In this document: positions 1 to 13,598 of the stretch, in pieces
Numbering within the stretch: position 1 is the first letter of the stretch
How the letters are laid out: each line of letters begins with the position of its first letter
Source: Cycas panzhihuaensis
Lineage: Eukaryota; Plantae; Cycadophyta
Direction of reading: 5' to 3'
Assembly (NCBI GenBank): GCA_023213395.1
Contig: CM041465.1
Coordinates: forward strand, 211,861,741-211,925,740
Length of the DNA stretch: 64,000 nucleotides
Position numbers and translations under genes: made by a program
The notes under the pieces: model-generated
Databases searched by the model: none
What the model was told of the DNA's origin: nothing
Seen by the model: only the letters and a program-made list of their open reading frames with translations

Positions 1-1590
1 GATGTGGTACCCTTCATAAATTCATCTTTGAGATTTCGCAGACCTCCAACCAATTGATTATATCACATTCTTCATCCTCGCATACATGCATTTTGTCGCA
101 AACTCATTCTTCGTCATTTTTTTACGACTTCTTCATTTTTTTTTTACATAGTTGGGATCACATTTAATTATAATTTATAATCTCTTGGTGTTTGTGTGTT
201 TTTGTGTGGCCCCCTCCACTTAGCATATGGTCATATGAGAGCCCCCTCATAACCATTGTATTAGTCTTCAAAGGGGCAAATTTGAAAGTTTTAATAGTTA
301 CTTTTTATAATTTTAGGTTTTAAAATAATTTGGTATATTTTATAAGTTTTTGAAGTCCGTAGCCCCTTTTTAGACTCTAGTGCATGGTCATATTAGCCCC
401 CATATAACCAAGATCCTTTTTCCTAAGGGACTTAACCACCACCACCCCCAATTTTAATTTATTTACCATAAGAGGGTCTTTGTGTTATTTTCTTTATAAC
501 TTTTAATCCGAGTCCATTTTAAATAGTTAGATTTATAAGAAAGGTATTTTAATTATCTACATATTGAAGTAATATTTAGCAAGATCTAAAATTATTTTGA
601 AGGTTTTTGAGGCTGGTGAAGTTAAGGATTCTCTTTGATACTAGTTTGGCATATTTTTAAATATTTCAAGTAATTTTTTAACTCTAACTCAACAAACTTA
701 TTTATTATTGAGCTACTAATTAGTTGTTGACAGTTTTTTGTCTATTTTAAAGGCTCACAACTGAGTTTTACAACTATTTAACTCTACTTTGGCCTCCCAA
801 ATAGAAGGAGCTTTGTTAGAAATAAAAGTTTCAAATTAGAGCACTGAAACTCCTTATAACTCTATTCTAAAGCTATCATTTTATCTTTTTGCTTATAAAC
901 TTGATTCTAAAGCTCTTTTAGGACACATTTTCTACTCATTTAAGGTTATTTTTCCTTCTTAAAAGTATTGTATTTAAGGTACATTTAGTTGTATAAGATC
1001 ATTCAAAAGCACTTCACTCCCTTTCAAAGCTTATTTGAATCCTTATGAAAGTTGTTTTGCAAAAGTATTCATTGAATCTAATTTGAAAGGATATATTTTT
1101 TATTACTAAGTTATCTTTTCATTGACTAAGAAGGTATCTATTTAAAAGTTCATGTATATTTGAAGCTATTTTCTATCTTATTAGTAAAATATCTTCAAAA
1201 TTGATTTAAGGCTATCTCTATTATAATTGAAAGCTCAAATAAGTTGTATTACATTGCATAATTATAAGTTCATTTCATAGGCTTTTACCTTTAAGATTTA
1301 TATATATCATTTTGAATAATGAAATGAATAGAAGGCATATTTTTCTCCATTTCAACTCTTAAAAGCATTTCAAAGTACATTTAGTTTGCTTCAAAAGTAT
1401 GTCATGGTATCAAGGTACTTTAGAATCATTAAACTCTTGTTTACTTCATTTTCATATCTTTATTTAAAAGGAGAATTTATTAATTTTAATTTGAAAGGAT
1501 ATGTCTTGCTTTTATTGTTAGGTTCTTTTATATGTATATATATATCATATTAAAAAGATAATTACCCAAAAGAACCTCCTTTATTTCTAA

Positions 1591-2002
1591 TCTTGTAAGG
1601 GGAATGGTTAAGACCCCTAAAGTTACCACCACGCACATGCCCTTGGCCTACTCATATTAGATGAGGAACATCATTAGCTATCTGGTGTATTAGGTGGTAG
1701 GATGAGATGAGAAACCTTTCTTATTTTGGAGTTTAGTGACCAAGGCTATAACTGGAGAGGGTGAGTACCTTGGTTAGTAAAGCTATCACCACTAGATTTG
1801 TCGCTAGGTATAAGACTAGCATAGGTGGACAAACAAGTCAAGGGGGTATAGCACCTTCTTTGTAGTCTGTATACTGATGTACATTGAGCCAAGTGCTCAT
1901 ATACCAATATATTGATTCTTTGATTTACCACTCATGGGTAGGCACCATTAGATAGGATAATAGCTAAAGGCTTCCCTTAGAGACCCATAAACTTAGAGCC
2001 TA
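1591..2002 (+). ncRNA. Putative cis-acting structured RNA in the Copia A leader (copy 1)
   Basis: GC-rich island in an AT-rich leader, colinear with the reverse complement of 26914-27322. Conserved stems: agggg/cccct (1598-1618), accaagg/ccttggt (1739-1774), gagc/gctc (1886-1898), long-range ggtggta/taccact (1693/1926). Confidence 0.6.
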
Positions 2003-2021
2003 GAAACCTTCTTAAGGACTA

Positions 2022-2180
2022 GGATACTTATCAAAACTTTATTTAGAACATCTATAAATTTAAAGAACCCTTATAAAAACTTTATTTGGAACATCTATAA
2101 CTTTGGAGGATACTTATCAAAACTTTATTTGGGATATCTATAGCTTTAGGAGACACTTGGTAAAACTTTATTTGAGATAT
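2022..2180 (+). repeat. 43-bp tandem repeat (about 3.7 copies) immediately before the gag ATG
   Basis: Core aaaactttattt at 2033, 2076, 2119 and 2162, spaced exactly 43 bp apart. Confidence 0.9.
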
Positions 2181-2181
2181 A

Positions 2182-5100
2182 ATGGTACCTAGTTTTGGCA
2201 ATATGATTATTCCAAATTTTGATGGATCTAACCTCTTAAATAAGAGTAGGAGGATGAGACCCATTCTTATCACTAAAGATATGTAGGATATTGCGAATAT
2301 AGCATATAGTGAACTAGGCCAAAATGCAACTGATCTAGAGAAACTAGCATTCAAGGAAAATTTAAAGAAGGATAATGAGACTCTTGCTTTGATTTTTTGT
2401 ACCCTAGAGGATCACATATTTCCTAGGGTAAGTGAGGCAACTAAATCTAAGGAGGCTTGGGATACCTAACAACCTATTTATGAAGGGGTAGCCTCATCCA
2501 AATTACAAACCTTAAGAAGTAGATTTGATAACTTAAGAATAATGCTTAACAACTCAATTACTAAATTCATAACCAAGGTTCAAGACCTTGTGAACTATAT
2601 GAAATCCTTTAGTGAATCATTAACCAAATAAAAGGTTTTTTGGAGAATTCTAATATATATTGGTGAAGTAAAAAGATTCAAAATGGTGGTAACTAATATA
2701 GAAGTTTCAAAGGATCTAAGTATCTTAAAAATTGAATAATTAAGTGCCATGTTAATGGCGGTTAAGGAGAAAAAGAACATAAGGGAATCACTAAAGTGTG
2801 CATTTATAACTAAATCTAGTATCAAATTAAACACACAAGTTGAAAGCTCAAAATATAGGGATTAAACACTAAGGGGAAGAGAAAACATCCTAGACAAGAA
2901 GTACATTAAGAACAACAAGCTAGATATCAAGCTCCACATTTAAGAAATTAAGGATTGAATCAAAGAAATCCTATTCATACTAGATATTAAAGTCAAAAAA
3001 TGCACCACGAGGCAAACCATTATTGCCACAATTGTCAAAGACATATGAACTCTCAAAGGACCAACTTCAATTATCCTAATAATACATAAAGGAATAACTA
3101 GGCTCCATATTTGGAAAGAGGAAGACCATCCAATATTGATAGAACTAATCCTTAAAGTAGGAGTCTTAGCTATGGAAGAAGGGATCCAATTCATTGTTCA
3201 TTCTGTAATAAAGTTGGTCATACAAAAGATAAGTGTTCTCCTAAGAATCCCAATATAGTTGTTGAAACAAGGGAAACGATCAACTATTCCTATCCAATTT
3301 TGTTGCTCATAAGGAATAAGAAGACTATTATTAAATTGATTCTAGTTACTCTACTCATATGACCCACAAACAAGAGATATTTCAAATCATTGATAGAACT
3401 AGAAAGGGGTCCATTATGTTTGGAGAGGACACTTCTCACGAATTTATTAGAAGGGGTAACATCATCCTAAAGACAGAATTAGGTGAATATTAACATTTTG
3501 ACGATGTTCTCTATGTTCCAACTATGAAGAAAAATGTTTTATTAGTAGGACAAATGATGGGTCAAGACTATAAAGTTATATTTGACAATGGTGAATGTAC
3601 CATTAAGGATAAAAGAAAGAATAAGGTACTAGTTACCAAAGAAAAAATGACCAAAGATAGACTCTTCAAGCTAGTTCTCATCCCATCAGATAACTATACT
3701 TTGAAAACTATAGTCAATCTTGATAATGATATGTGGCATAAAATATTTAGCCACTTAAATTATAATAGTTTAACACTCATGAAGAAAATGGACATAATTG
3801 ATGGGCTACCTTATATTGAAGTAGATAAAGATATTTATGAAGGTTGTCTACTAGGAAAGTAACATAGAGAAAGTTTTTTGGATGGTAGCCATAGAGAAAA
3901 AGGACCACTCCATCTAATCCATACAGATCTTTGTGGCCCTATGGATTTTCCTTCACTACTAGGTGCCAAATACTTCCTCGTATTCATCATATAAGAAAAA
4001 CTTGGATCTATTTCTTGAACTTTAAATCAGATGTATTCAATTGCTTTATCAACTGTAAAACCTTTATAAAAAGGCAAAGTGGACATAAAATACTCTCCCT
4101 AAGATTAGATAATGGAGGAGAGTTTATTTCAAATGTGTTTAATGCCTATTGCACATATCATGAGATTAGAAGATAACTTACCAATCCTTACACCCCTTAA
4201 TAAAATGGGGTGGCTAAATGTAAGAATCACACTATAGTTGAAATAGTTAGGTGTGTACTGAAAGATAAAAAGTTGGTATATGAATTTTGGATAGAAGTTG
4301 TCCACACTGCTATCTACCTACTTAATAGGTGTACCACTAAGGCCCTTAAGTGGATGACACCTGAAGAAGTGTGTACCAGATATAAACCTAGTGTTCACAA
4401 TTTAAGAGACTTTGGTTACCTAGCTTATATTCATCTCCCTAAATAAAAGAGGACTAAACTAGATGATGAAAACATCAAATGTATATTTATTAACTATAAT
4501 GACGCTTCCAAATCTTATAAAGTATATGATCCCAAAGCATGAAAAGTCATGGTGAGCATGGATATTTGTTCAAAGAAAATGACTATTATCACTTTGATTA
4601 TATTTAAGATAAAGGATAAGGCATTATGATAAACCTTAATTCAACCACTAGGTCTATATATGTGTCACCTAAGTAGGGTTTGAGAGAAATCTTTAGTGTA
4701 CTAAGTGGGGAGGGAAACTCCTCTCAACCTCCACCATAAAGATTTCTTAGATGGGTTCAAAGTAATAATACCTTGGATAATATTCTAGATAATAACCATA
4801 ATAGAAGATCTAGTTATTCCCAAAGGGTGAATTTTTCCCTTGTAAGTCAAGTCATGGAAACTCAGGAGCCTCACACCATTGAGGACGCTAATACTCATGA
4901 TGATTAGAGAAAATCCATAGAAGAGGAATACAATTCCAAGGTGAAGAATGATACATGGGAACTTATTAACCTTCCTCCCAACAATAAGGCTATTAGTACT
5001 AAATGGGTCTATAAGACCAAATTCAGATATGATGAATCAATTGATAAACATAAGGCTAAACTCATATCCAAATGATATGCCCAAAGGGAAGGCATAGACT

Positions 5101-6400
5101 ATAGAGAAACCTTTACTCCTATTGCATGCATGGAGGTAGTTTATATGATGTTGAGTGTGGCCACCCAAAAAAGTTGGGATATTCATCAAATGGATGTCAA
5201 AAATACATTCCTTAATGTGTGTATTAAAGAAGACATATATGTCCATCAGCCAAAAGGTTTTAAAGTTAGGGGGAAAGAATATAAAGTGTACAACCTAAAA
5301 AAGACACTCTATGGATTAAAACAAACACCCAAGGCATGGTGCTCTTGGATTAATAAATATTTTAGAGACCAAGGATTTGAAAGAACCCAATCGAATCCAA
5401 ATTTTTACATTAGGATCAAAGGAGATTCCATCTTGATAGTGTGACTTTATGTAGATGACTTTGTTTATATAGGAAACAACTCCCACCTTTCACAAAAGTT
5501 TAAGGATGATATGCATAAAGAATTTAAAATGACTAATTTAGGATTGATGCATTACTTCATAGGATTGGAAGTATGGAAAGATGATGATGGTATTTTCATT
5601 TCCCAAAGAAAGTATACCTTGGACTTACTCCAAAAGTTCAAGATAAATGATTATAAAGCCTTAATGACACCTATTGAAGTTGGTATTAAGTTATCTAAAC
5701 TTGATGATTTTGCACTAGTGGATCCCACTCTTTACAGACAATTGATTGGTAGCCTGCTATATTTAATATCAACATGACCTAACATTATGCATGCAGTTAG
5801 TATAGTTTTAAGATTCATGTAAGATCCTAAATCTACTCATTAGCAAGTAGCTAAGAGGATCTTACAATACTTAAAGGGTGTAACATATTATAAGTTATGC
5901 TATAAATCTTCACCAAACTTTAGGTTGATTGTATATACATACTCTAATTAGGCAGGAGATATTAATGGAAGAAAATCTACTTTAGAGTATGCATTTAGTT
6001 TAGGTTTAATAGCCATTGCATGAAGCACAAAGAAATAGAATACGATTTCCTTATCTACAATAGAAGTAGAATACAAAGCAACAGTTTTAGGTACATATGA
6101 GATAGCATGGTTACGATGACTTCTACATGATCTTCAAATGGAACAAAAAGGCCCTACCAAGATTTGATGTGATAATTAGAGCATCATTTAAATCACTCTG
6201 AATCTATTTTTTTCATGGCAAAACTAAGTACATTAAGACTCAACATCACTTCATTTATGAATTGGTCTAAGCAGGTTAAATTGAGTTAGCATATTATAGT
6301 ATAAAAGACGAAACAACAAATATCTTCACAAAGTCTTTGGGAAAAATCAAGTTCCATAAATTCAGAGAGAAACTCAGAGTTATACACAATAGACATTATG
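2182..6400 (+). pseudogene. gag-pol: Copia gag-pol polyprotein with many stops and frameshifts
   Basis: ATG at 2182 (MVPSFGNMIIPNFDG); zinc knuckle near 3200; ORFs 3524-5777 are INT/RT; RNase H ends ...KFHKFREKL. Confidence 0.93.
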
Positions 6401-6408
6401 GGGGAGAA

Positions 6409-6733
6409 TGTTAGAATAATATTCATTTGTTTAAACTACATGCAAATGTATCTTGGAAAGTAGTGGGCCACCACTAGCCATCTCCAAGCCACCATAAGTC
6501 ATCATCAAGCTAACAAGGTAAGATTGTATTTTGATTTATTATTTTCTTAATATTTAGGCTAACAGTTGGGTATAAGCAAACTCTTGCCTCCTCAAAATCT
6601 ATAAATATCTTAGGTGTACCACCTTGGAGTTTTTTAACACTACCATTAAATATTTGGAGATTTGTTACAATGATTTGACAATGGATTAATGTGTTATAAT
6701 CTACTCTATTCTCTACAATTTATAATAACATCA
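6409..6733 (+). repeat. 3' LTR of Copia A
   Basis: TG after the PPT; TATA-like ctataaata near 6600; ends ...aacatca like the Copia C LTR. The right edge is inferred by homology. Confidence 0.75.
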
Positions 6734-7860
6734 ATAGAGTTACTATTAAGGGTTAAGTGAAGGGGTTAGGCATTAGTTTGATCTCTATAACTATGGGTTC
6801 ATCCCATGGGGGAGATATAATATAGCATATAATGTTATTTAGAGTTAGATCAATTGACTCTTGGCTAAAAGAATGGTTGTTTTTGTTTGCTTATGTCCCA
6901 TGCCTATTATATATATGTTGGTATATGCGACCTATTATCCCAATGTTCAAGGGGTATCTAAATTTTTTTATAATAAGGTCAAACCCAACCCAAGGTTTGG
7001 GCTTTTCTTTTCTATATTTTCTCACTTATATTATATATGGTTGAGCCTTATAGCCATTGAGACTTGAGTCTTATACTTATATCTAGTCAAGGTTTCTTTA
7101 CTTTCTCAAGGGATGAAGAGGTAACTCTATGTGGTTATTTATTTTTGAGTGTGCCTCCATCATTAGGTCTAACTATTTCTAGTGCTATGTATAGTACTAA
7201 TTGTAGATATGGGTAACTTACAACCTATAAAGGTAGTGCTTTATAATTGCAATAGACCTAAATGCTTGTGTAAGGCTATAATTTTATAGGCTAGTTGAGT
7301 CTTATATCCTAAATTCTTTAAGTTGGAGTTGAGTTTATCCTAGGGACCTCTCTTTAGTGGGTGTGCTCTTTGGATTTCCTATTATGTGAAGTGATTATTA
7401 ATACCATCTAGGGGGGTGGTAGGGATAATGTCCTCTACTCAAATTTTTTTATCTACTATGCAGGCAATTTTTTTTTAATCTATAAAATAATACATTTACA
7501 ATAAAAAAATAATAATTATATGGTTGTGATCTATTATGTATTAACTACTAATGCAATTATTGATTTATGATTTGGGGACACAAGGGGTTAAAACTAGTAT
7601 ATAGGATTAAGAATTATGGATGTTCAAACTTGGGTTTTTATGTGCTAATTATATATTTCATGTTTGCGTGTGTACTTTTTGTATGATATCTTTGTAGCAT
7701 AAACTACACCTTATTTGTGGCCATTGAATTCCTTACCTACCTTACCATTTATATTGTCTATTCCTTTCATGCCTGCCAAAACTATTTAATAATTGACGCA
7801 TCATGTGACATTAACTCCATCAAAGTATTAACATTTAATTGGTTTTTGAGATCAAAGGCA

Positions 7861-7863
<3 letters not shown>

Positions 7864-7909
<46 letters not shown>
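7864..7909. repeat. (CT)n(AT)n compound microsatellite
   Basis: Seen directly. Confidence 0.95.
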
Positions 7910-7945
7910 GTGGTGTTCTACTGCAATAAGAGCTAATTATGTAGA

Positions 7946-10650
7946 TCAAACTCCCCATAATGTACATTTAGGATGATACTTATGATTCCTCTAAATTTAT
8001 AATGTTTTATTTTTGGTAATGCCTTTGTGAAGATACCTATAATTTGGTCCTCAATCCTACAATATAATAGTCCAATCTTACCTTATTTTACCAACACTTG
8101 AATGAAGTGATGTTTGATCTCAATATGCTTTGTTCTAATATAAAAAAGTAGGTTTTTTGTCATATGAATGTTACTCTAGTTATAACAATACATCTAAATT
8201 GGTCTAATCGATGGTTGTTGTAAATCTTATAGTATCCTCTTGATCCAAATTGCTTCATGAGCTACTACTTCAATCAATTTATACTCTACTTTAACTGTTG
8301 ATAAAAAAATTATCAAATATTTCTTTGTATACCAAGCTACTATGGTTATTTCAATGTTAAAAACATAACTCATTGTTGATTTCCTATCTTCAATATCACT
8401 TGCCCAATCTACATCCATATAACCAATTAATCTACATTCATATTAATGTGTAACGAGGACCATAATGTACTATTCCTTTGAGATATCTGAGAATTCTCTT
8501 AGGTACATTCTAATATTCTTCCTTAGGTTGTGATATGAATCTAGAAAGAAACCTTATTGCATATGTTATGTATAGATGGGTAGTTGTTAAATAAATCAAA
8601 CTTCCTATTAGTTAATGATACAAAGTGGGATCAACTAAAATAAGATCTCTATTTTTACTTAACTTCAAACCTACTTTAATAAGAGTTATAGTTGGATTAT
8701 AAGCACTCATGTTAAAATTCTTTAAAATATCCATCCCATATTTGGCTTATGATATATTAGTGTTAATATCACTTTACCATACTTTAACACCAAGAAAGTA
8801 GTGTAATTAGCCCAACTCTATCATCTTAAACTCTAAACACATATCATCCTTGAACTATTGAAGAAACCATATGTTATTTCCTATACAAATAAGATCATCA
8901 ACATAAAGTGTAATAAACAAAATTGAAGTACCAATTATCTTCACTTATAAATTAGGATCAAAAGGGATCTTTTGAAATACTTTATCCTAGAAGAATTTTT
9001 TAATCTTGGAATACCATGTTGTTAGTGCTAACTTTAATCTATATAAATCTTTCTTCAAATTATTTCTTGTAACCACTTTGAATTTTTGAGTGACAAATTC
9101 CTTATTGGTTCACAAAGATTAATATGAACTAATGTTAAAGTTAAATAGGCTCTAGATTATGAAATTAGAAAACTATCCCCACACTACTTGACCAAAATCA
9201 CATCCTTCACATGCTTTATTATTTTATTGAATCAATGGAAGTCCTTTAACCATTTCCTTCATCTTCAATATGATAAGTCCAAAATAATTAAGATGCCTAT
9301 ATTGATAGTACCAAAGTACATTATCATTTATACTAAAGCATTCAAGACTTGAGTTTGTGAAGAAATGATAAATTTGAATAGTTTGTCTTATGCCATTTAT
9401 CCTTTTACTATAATCATATGATTGTTCAACTTATCTATGATCTCACATTCGCAATTATCAAACACTAACTTATATTATTATTCTATCATTTATCCAATAG
9501 ATAATATGTTTTTGTTTAAACCAGGCATAAGAAATACATCAAGAAAATTTTTACTTTCTCTACCCTCTATTTAGATTGAGACAACACATCAGCTTAGGAT
9601 TTCCTATGTGTTATCATCTCTAAACATGAATTGATATTTCTTATCATCTTCCTGAATCTCTTAAAACCAATCAATATTATAAGACATCTATGTCAAATAA
9701 CCTAAATTAATATACCACTCACCATTTGAAGTTTTTACTAGTAGACTTTAATAAACTAAATTCTCATTTCATTGTGATTTATTAGTTGTTGTGTTTACTT
9801 TTAGTTATAAGTCATCTCTAATAATTTAACAAAAATTTAGAAAGTGACCAAAGTTACCATATTTATAACAATGAGGCTGTGGCACACCTCTTCCTATTCC
9901 TTGTGGAATTAGACTCCTACTTCCACATCCTCTTATGGATGGACTTTACCCTAAACTAACTCCACAAAAATTTTGTGGTCTACTTCTTAAACTTAAGGTT
10001 CTTACTTTTGGACAATTTGGTCTCCTAAATCTACCTCCTCCTCTCAAGTTTATCTTTATGGCAAAAACTTACTTCTATTTCTCATTTGATGCATTAGTTC
10101 TCTCTTCCATAACCAAGAGCATTGCAATTAACTAATCCACTTTTAAGGTAAAAAGATATTTTGAAGCTTAAATTCTTGTTATCATATTTTCAAACTTCTT
10201 AATTTTAATAATACTCTTAAGGATCTTTTTAATTAGTCCTTACTCAAAAACATTTTCTCCTAATATTCTCATTTGATTAGCCATGGGTTATGTTTTTATG
10301 AAGAAATCATTTATTGATTCAAATGCATTTATTCTAAGATTCTCAAAAATCCTTCATAGAGTTTAAACTTTAACATTCACAACACCCACAAATATAGTTT
10401 TTTTAGGCATCCCATGCTCACTACTGTAATAAGAGCTAATCATGCAAAGCTTCCTCACATCTAATGAAATTATTTTAAATGTGAACTAATGTGTATCAAC
10501 TATCTAATAGTCTTTACTTGGGAAAAAAGATTTTGATAGTCCACAAATAATGCTATAAGTGGTATTAGAATATGGTCTTAGTCCATTAGGGTTTCTAGCA
10601 TAAAGCAACCTCTAAATATTTAAATGATTGAATTTAGGAAAAATGACCAT
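7946..10650 (-). mobile_element. Degenerate Copia element B, with the integrase core and RT N-terminus deleted
   Basis: RNase H DVDWASDIEDRKST (8227-8418); RT LKKDLYRLK near 9040; GAG-pre-integrase near 9180-9330; gag start MVIFPKFN near 10650; PPT ctcccc at 7951. Confidence 0.85.
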
Positions 10651-11199
10651 ATAATTGAGTTGACCACACTTATGTTATAAATGTAGAGTTGTTACATATA
10701 TTTCTAATTAGAATTATTATTTATATAAGTAGTTCAATTTTAACCTACTATCAAGCCCCTTTTATAAGACTAAAAAAATGCTACTTTAATTGACGAGCAC
10801 CACCTTAAAGGCTATAGACATCCAATAATCTATCTTTTCTTTTATTTTTTTGTTTAGTAGGTAAATAGAACCTAATTTTAATTAAAAATATTTCACTTAA
10901 TTTGGACATTAGGACATGAAGTTATAATCATTTTTATGAGGGGTATTATTATTATTCTAAACCATAATATTATTTATCAAAATTTTAAGGTCATTACAAA
11001 ATCTATAGAACTCTAAATCACCTTAGACTAGGCTTATTAAAAGCATATTCCAGTCCTCTTTCTATTAAAAAAAAAGATCTAGCGTACGGGGCAAAGATAT
11101 ATAAGTTATAAGTCTAAATAAGTTATAGTGACCTATTGACTAATAATAACCAAGCAAAGTAAGATGTCCTCAAGTGGTAGCAAAATGTTCACTAAAAAA

Positions 11200-13555
11200 T
11201 GTTAGACTGAATAGAGAGCAGAGTAAAGAAGGTAAACATAAATATTCAAGCCATATTGTAAATGTAATCGAAATACATCATTATATTAATCTATTTTTAA
11301 GAAGAGTGAATCAAATATCCTTTGAGAAGATGGTGTTAAAGAACACTAGGGATTTTGGCCATAAAGAATAAATATATGGGAGGAGGATAGGATCCCTCCT
11401 TAACCTTAAATTTAAAATATAATAAAATAATAACAAAACATAATAAAATAATCTTAACTGACGGCTAGGGGCAGCTCACATGGTCCTAATGCAAGGTTAG
11501 GTGATGAGCATTAACCCAACATTCTCCTCCTTAATGGTTATCACATGTATCTTCAACTTCTCTTTGAACTTGTGATACTTGTACTTAAGAAAAACTTTGA
11601 ATACTTGTCCTTTATCTTAGCATCATCCTTGAAGTAATCAACTTACAATATTATTCTTTTAATAATATGTGTCTTAAATGGTTTCCAAGTAGGTGTGGCT
11701 TGATCTAAATGAGTAGGAGTTACTCTATTAAGATATTTATCTTTTACTTTAATCAAGTCCAAGGTACATATAATCTTATCAAATGCAACATTAAAGTCAT
11801 CAACTTTATTGAAGTCTACACTAATACATGCAACATTAGTCTTTTCATTAAAATTCACCAGCTCTAACATCTGTCTCACAGGAAAAGTATCATGAATATA
11901 ATTAGTAACATTTAAATATAAGGAATCTCCTCTATAAATCCATTCTAAGGTATCCCATATAGATTTATAAGTAGTTAACTCACTTACACTAGAAAATACA
12001 TTATCATCTAGTGCACAAAACATGAGCGCTAAGGTCTCATTATCCATTTTCATGTCTTTTTTAACATATGGGTCATAACCATCTTTTAAAAGATTTCACA
12101 AATAATTTGTAATAAAGTATGCTTTCACTATTTTAATCCATAGTTAAAAATCATTTCCATCAAATATAGGAAAACCTATGTTACTTAGATTCATTGCCAT
12201 TGTATAAAAGACTTTAATACATAATAAAAAAGGTATGATTTTTAATGAATAAATAAGAAAAAATTTAACCTCAAATGAATAAATGACTTGAAACATGCAA
12301 TTAGTCTATTTTCACAAGAACTTTCAATCACAATTTTAACATAGATTCCTCTTTAATCAATGAAAAATAATAACTTAGTAATAAAAAATAAATATGCAAT
12401 AAATCTCTTTTTAAAGCAAGATAGGAGGAATATAATGCTCTTTCTTGAATGATCTAAATGTACCTTGAAAAGCTTTAAAGAGGTAAAAGAATGACTTTAA
12501 ATAAGCAAAAGAATATGCCTTAAAGAGCTTTAAGATCAACTTTATAAACTAGAATATCAAATAACAGCTTTAGAGTATGGTTAGAAGGTGTTTGAATACA
12601 CCAATTTGACATACTTGATCTTAAAGAGGTTCCTTCTCTTTAGGAGTCCAAAATAGAGATAAATGGCTACAAAAATAAGTTATGTACCTCTAAAATTGGT
12701 AAAAATCTGTCAACACCTGATTAGTAACTCAAGAATAAATAAATATATTGAATTAGAGCAAAACTTTTTCTTGAAATATTTAAAAATATATCCAATTACG
12801 TCTAAATAGGATCCTTAACTTTATTAGATTTAAAACCATAAAATATAGTTCTAGATCATAATAAAACCTATTTCAATGTATAGAGAATTAAAATATCTTT
12901 CGATGATCTAATCGGGAGGCTCGAGTTTTAAAAATATTAAAATAATAATAATAATAATAATAAAGGTAGCTTTGAAATCTTTAGAATCTACCCTTTTAGA
13001 ATGAATATTAAGGTCACATGGACCGAAATGAGAATGCCTACCCGATGACGAAGGGAGATAACTAAAATTAAATACCCACAGATTTGAGATTATATCAAAT
13101 TTGATTAAATTTATTTCAAACTTTATAAAAAATAAAATATTTCATGTAGATTTACACAGGTATTAATTAGCAATAAACAAACACAAAAACTATGATTAAA
13201 TGATTACAAATCGATAAAAAAATGGATTGATTTGATCACAGGGGGAGGGCACCCAATATCCAAAGTAAATACCATTTATTTATTTTTTTAATATCATGTA
13301 GATAACAAATGTGGAGAGGAAATAGATTGATTAAATACAAGAGCACCTAAGTAAGGGATTGCTCAAATCATATTTGATGAACTACAAGAATTGATAGAAG
13401 AATCCAAACCCTTTTAATTGGAATCCTAGGGATAGATATTCCACCTAAGAGTCTGTCCTCATTGGCTTACTAGGAAATGGTAGCATAGAAGAGATCTGGC
13501 TAGGCGACAATGAAGACGCAGGTCTATTCCAATGATCAAAGTGCCATAAAGAGAT

Positions 13556-13598
<43 letters not shown>

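Larger units (their letters stand above)
1..6733 (+). mobile_element. Ty1/Copia LTR retrotransposon A (5' end outside the window): long AT-rich leader, degenerate gag-pol, PPT and 3' LTR
   Basis: Domain order gag-PR-INT-RT-RNaseH in ORF fragments (MWHKIFSHLN..CLLGK GAG-pre-integrase; LRLDNGGEF integrase; HQMDVKNTFL and LKKTLYGLKQ RT). PPT gggggagaa at 6400-6408 is followed by TG. Confidence 0.95.

Noticed and set aside
10559-10570. Plus-strand PBS-like tggtattagaa
   Set aside because: It lies within the decayed minus-strand gag of Copia B, with no supported LTR pair.
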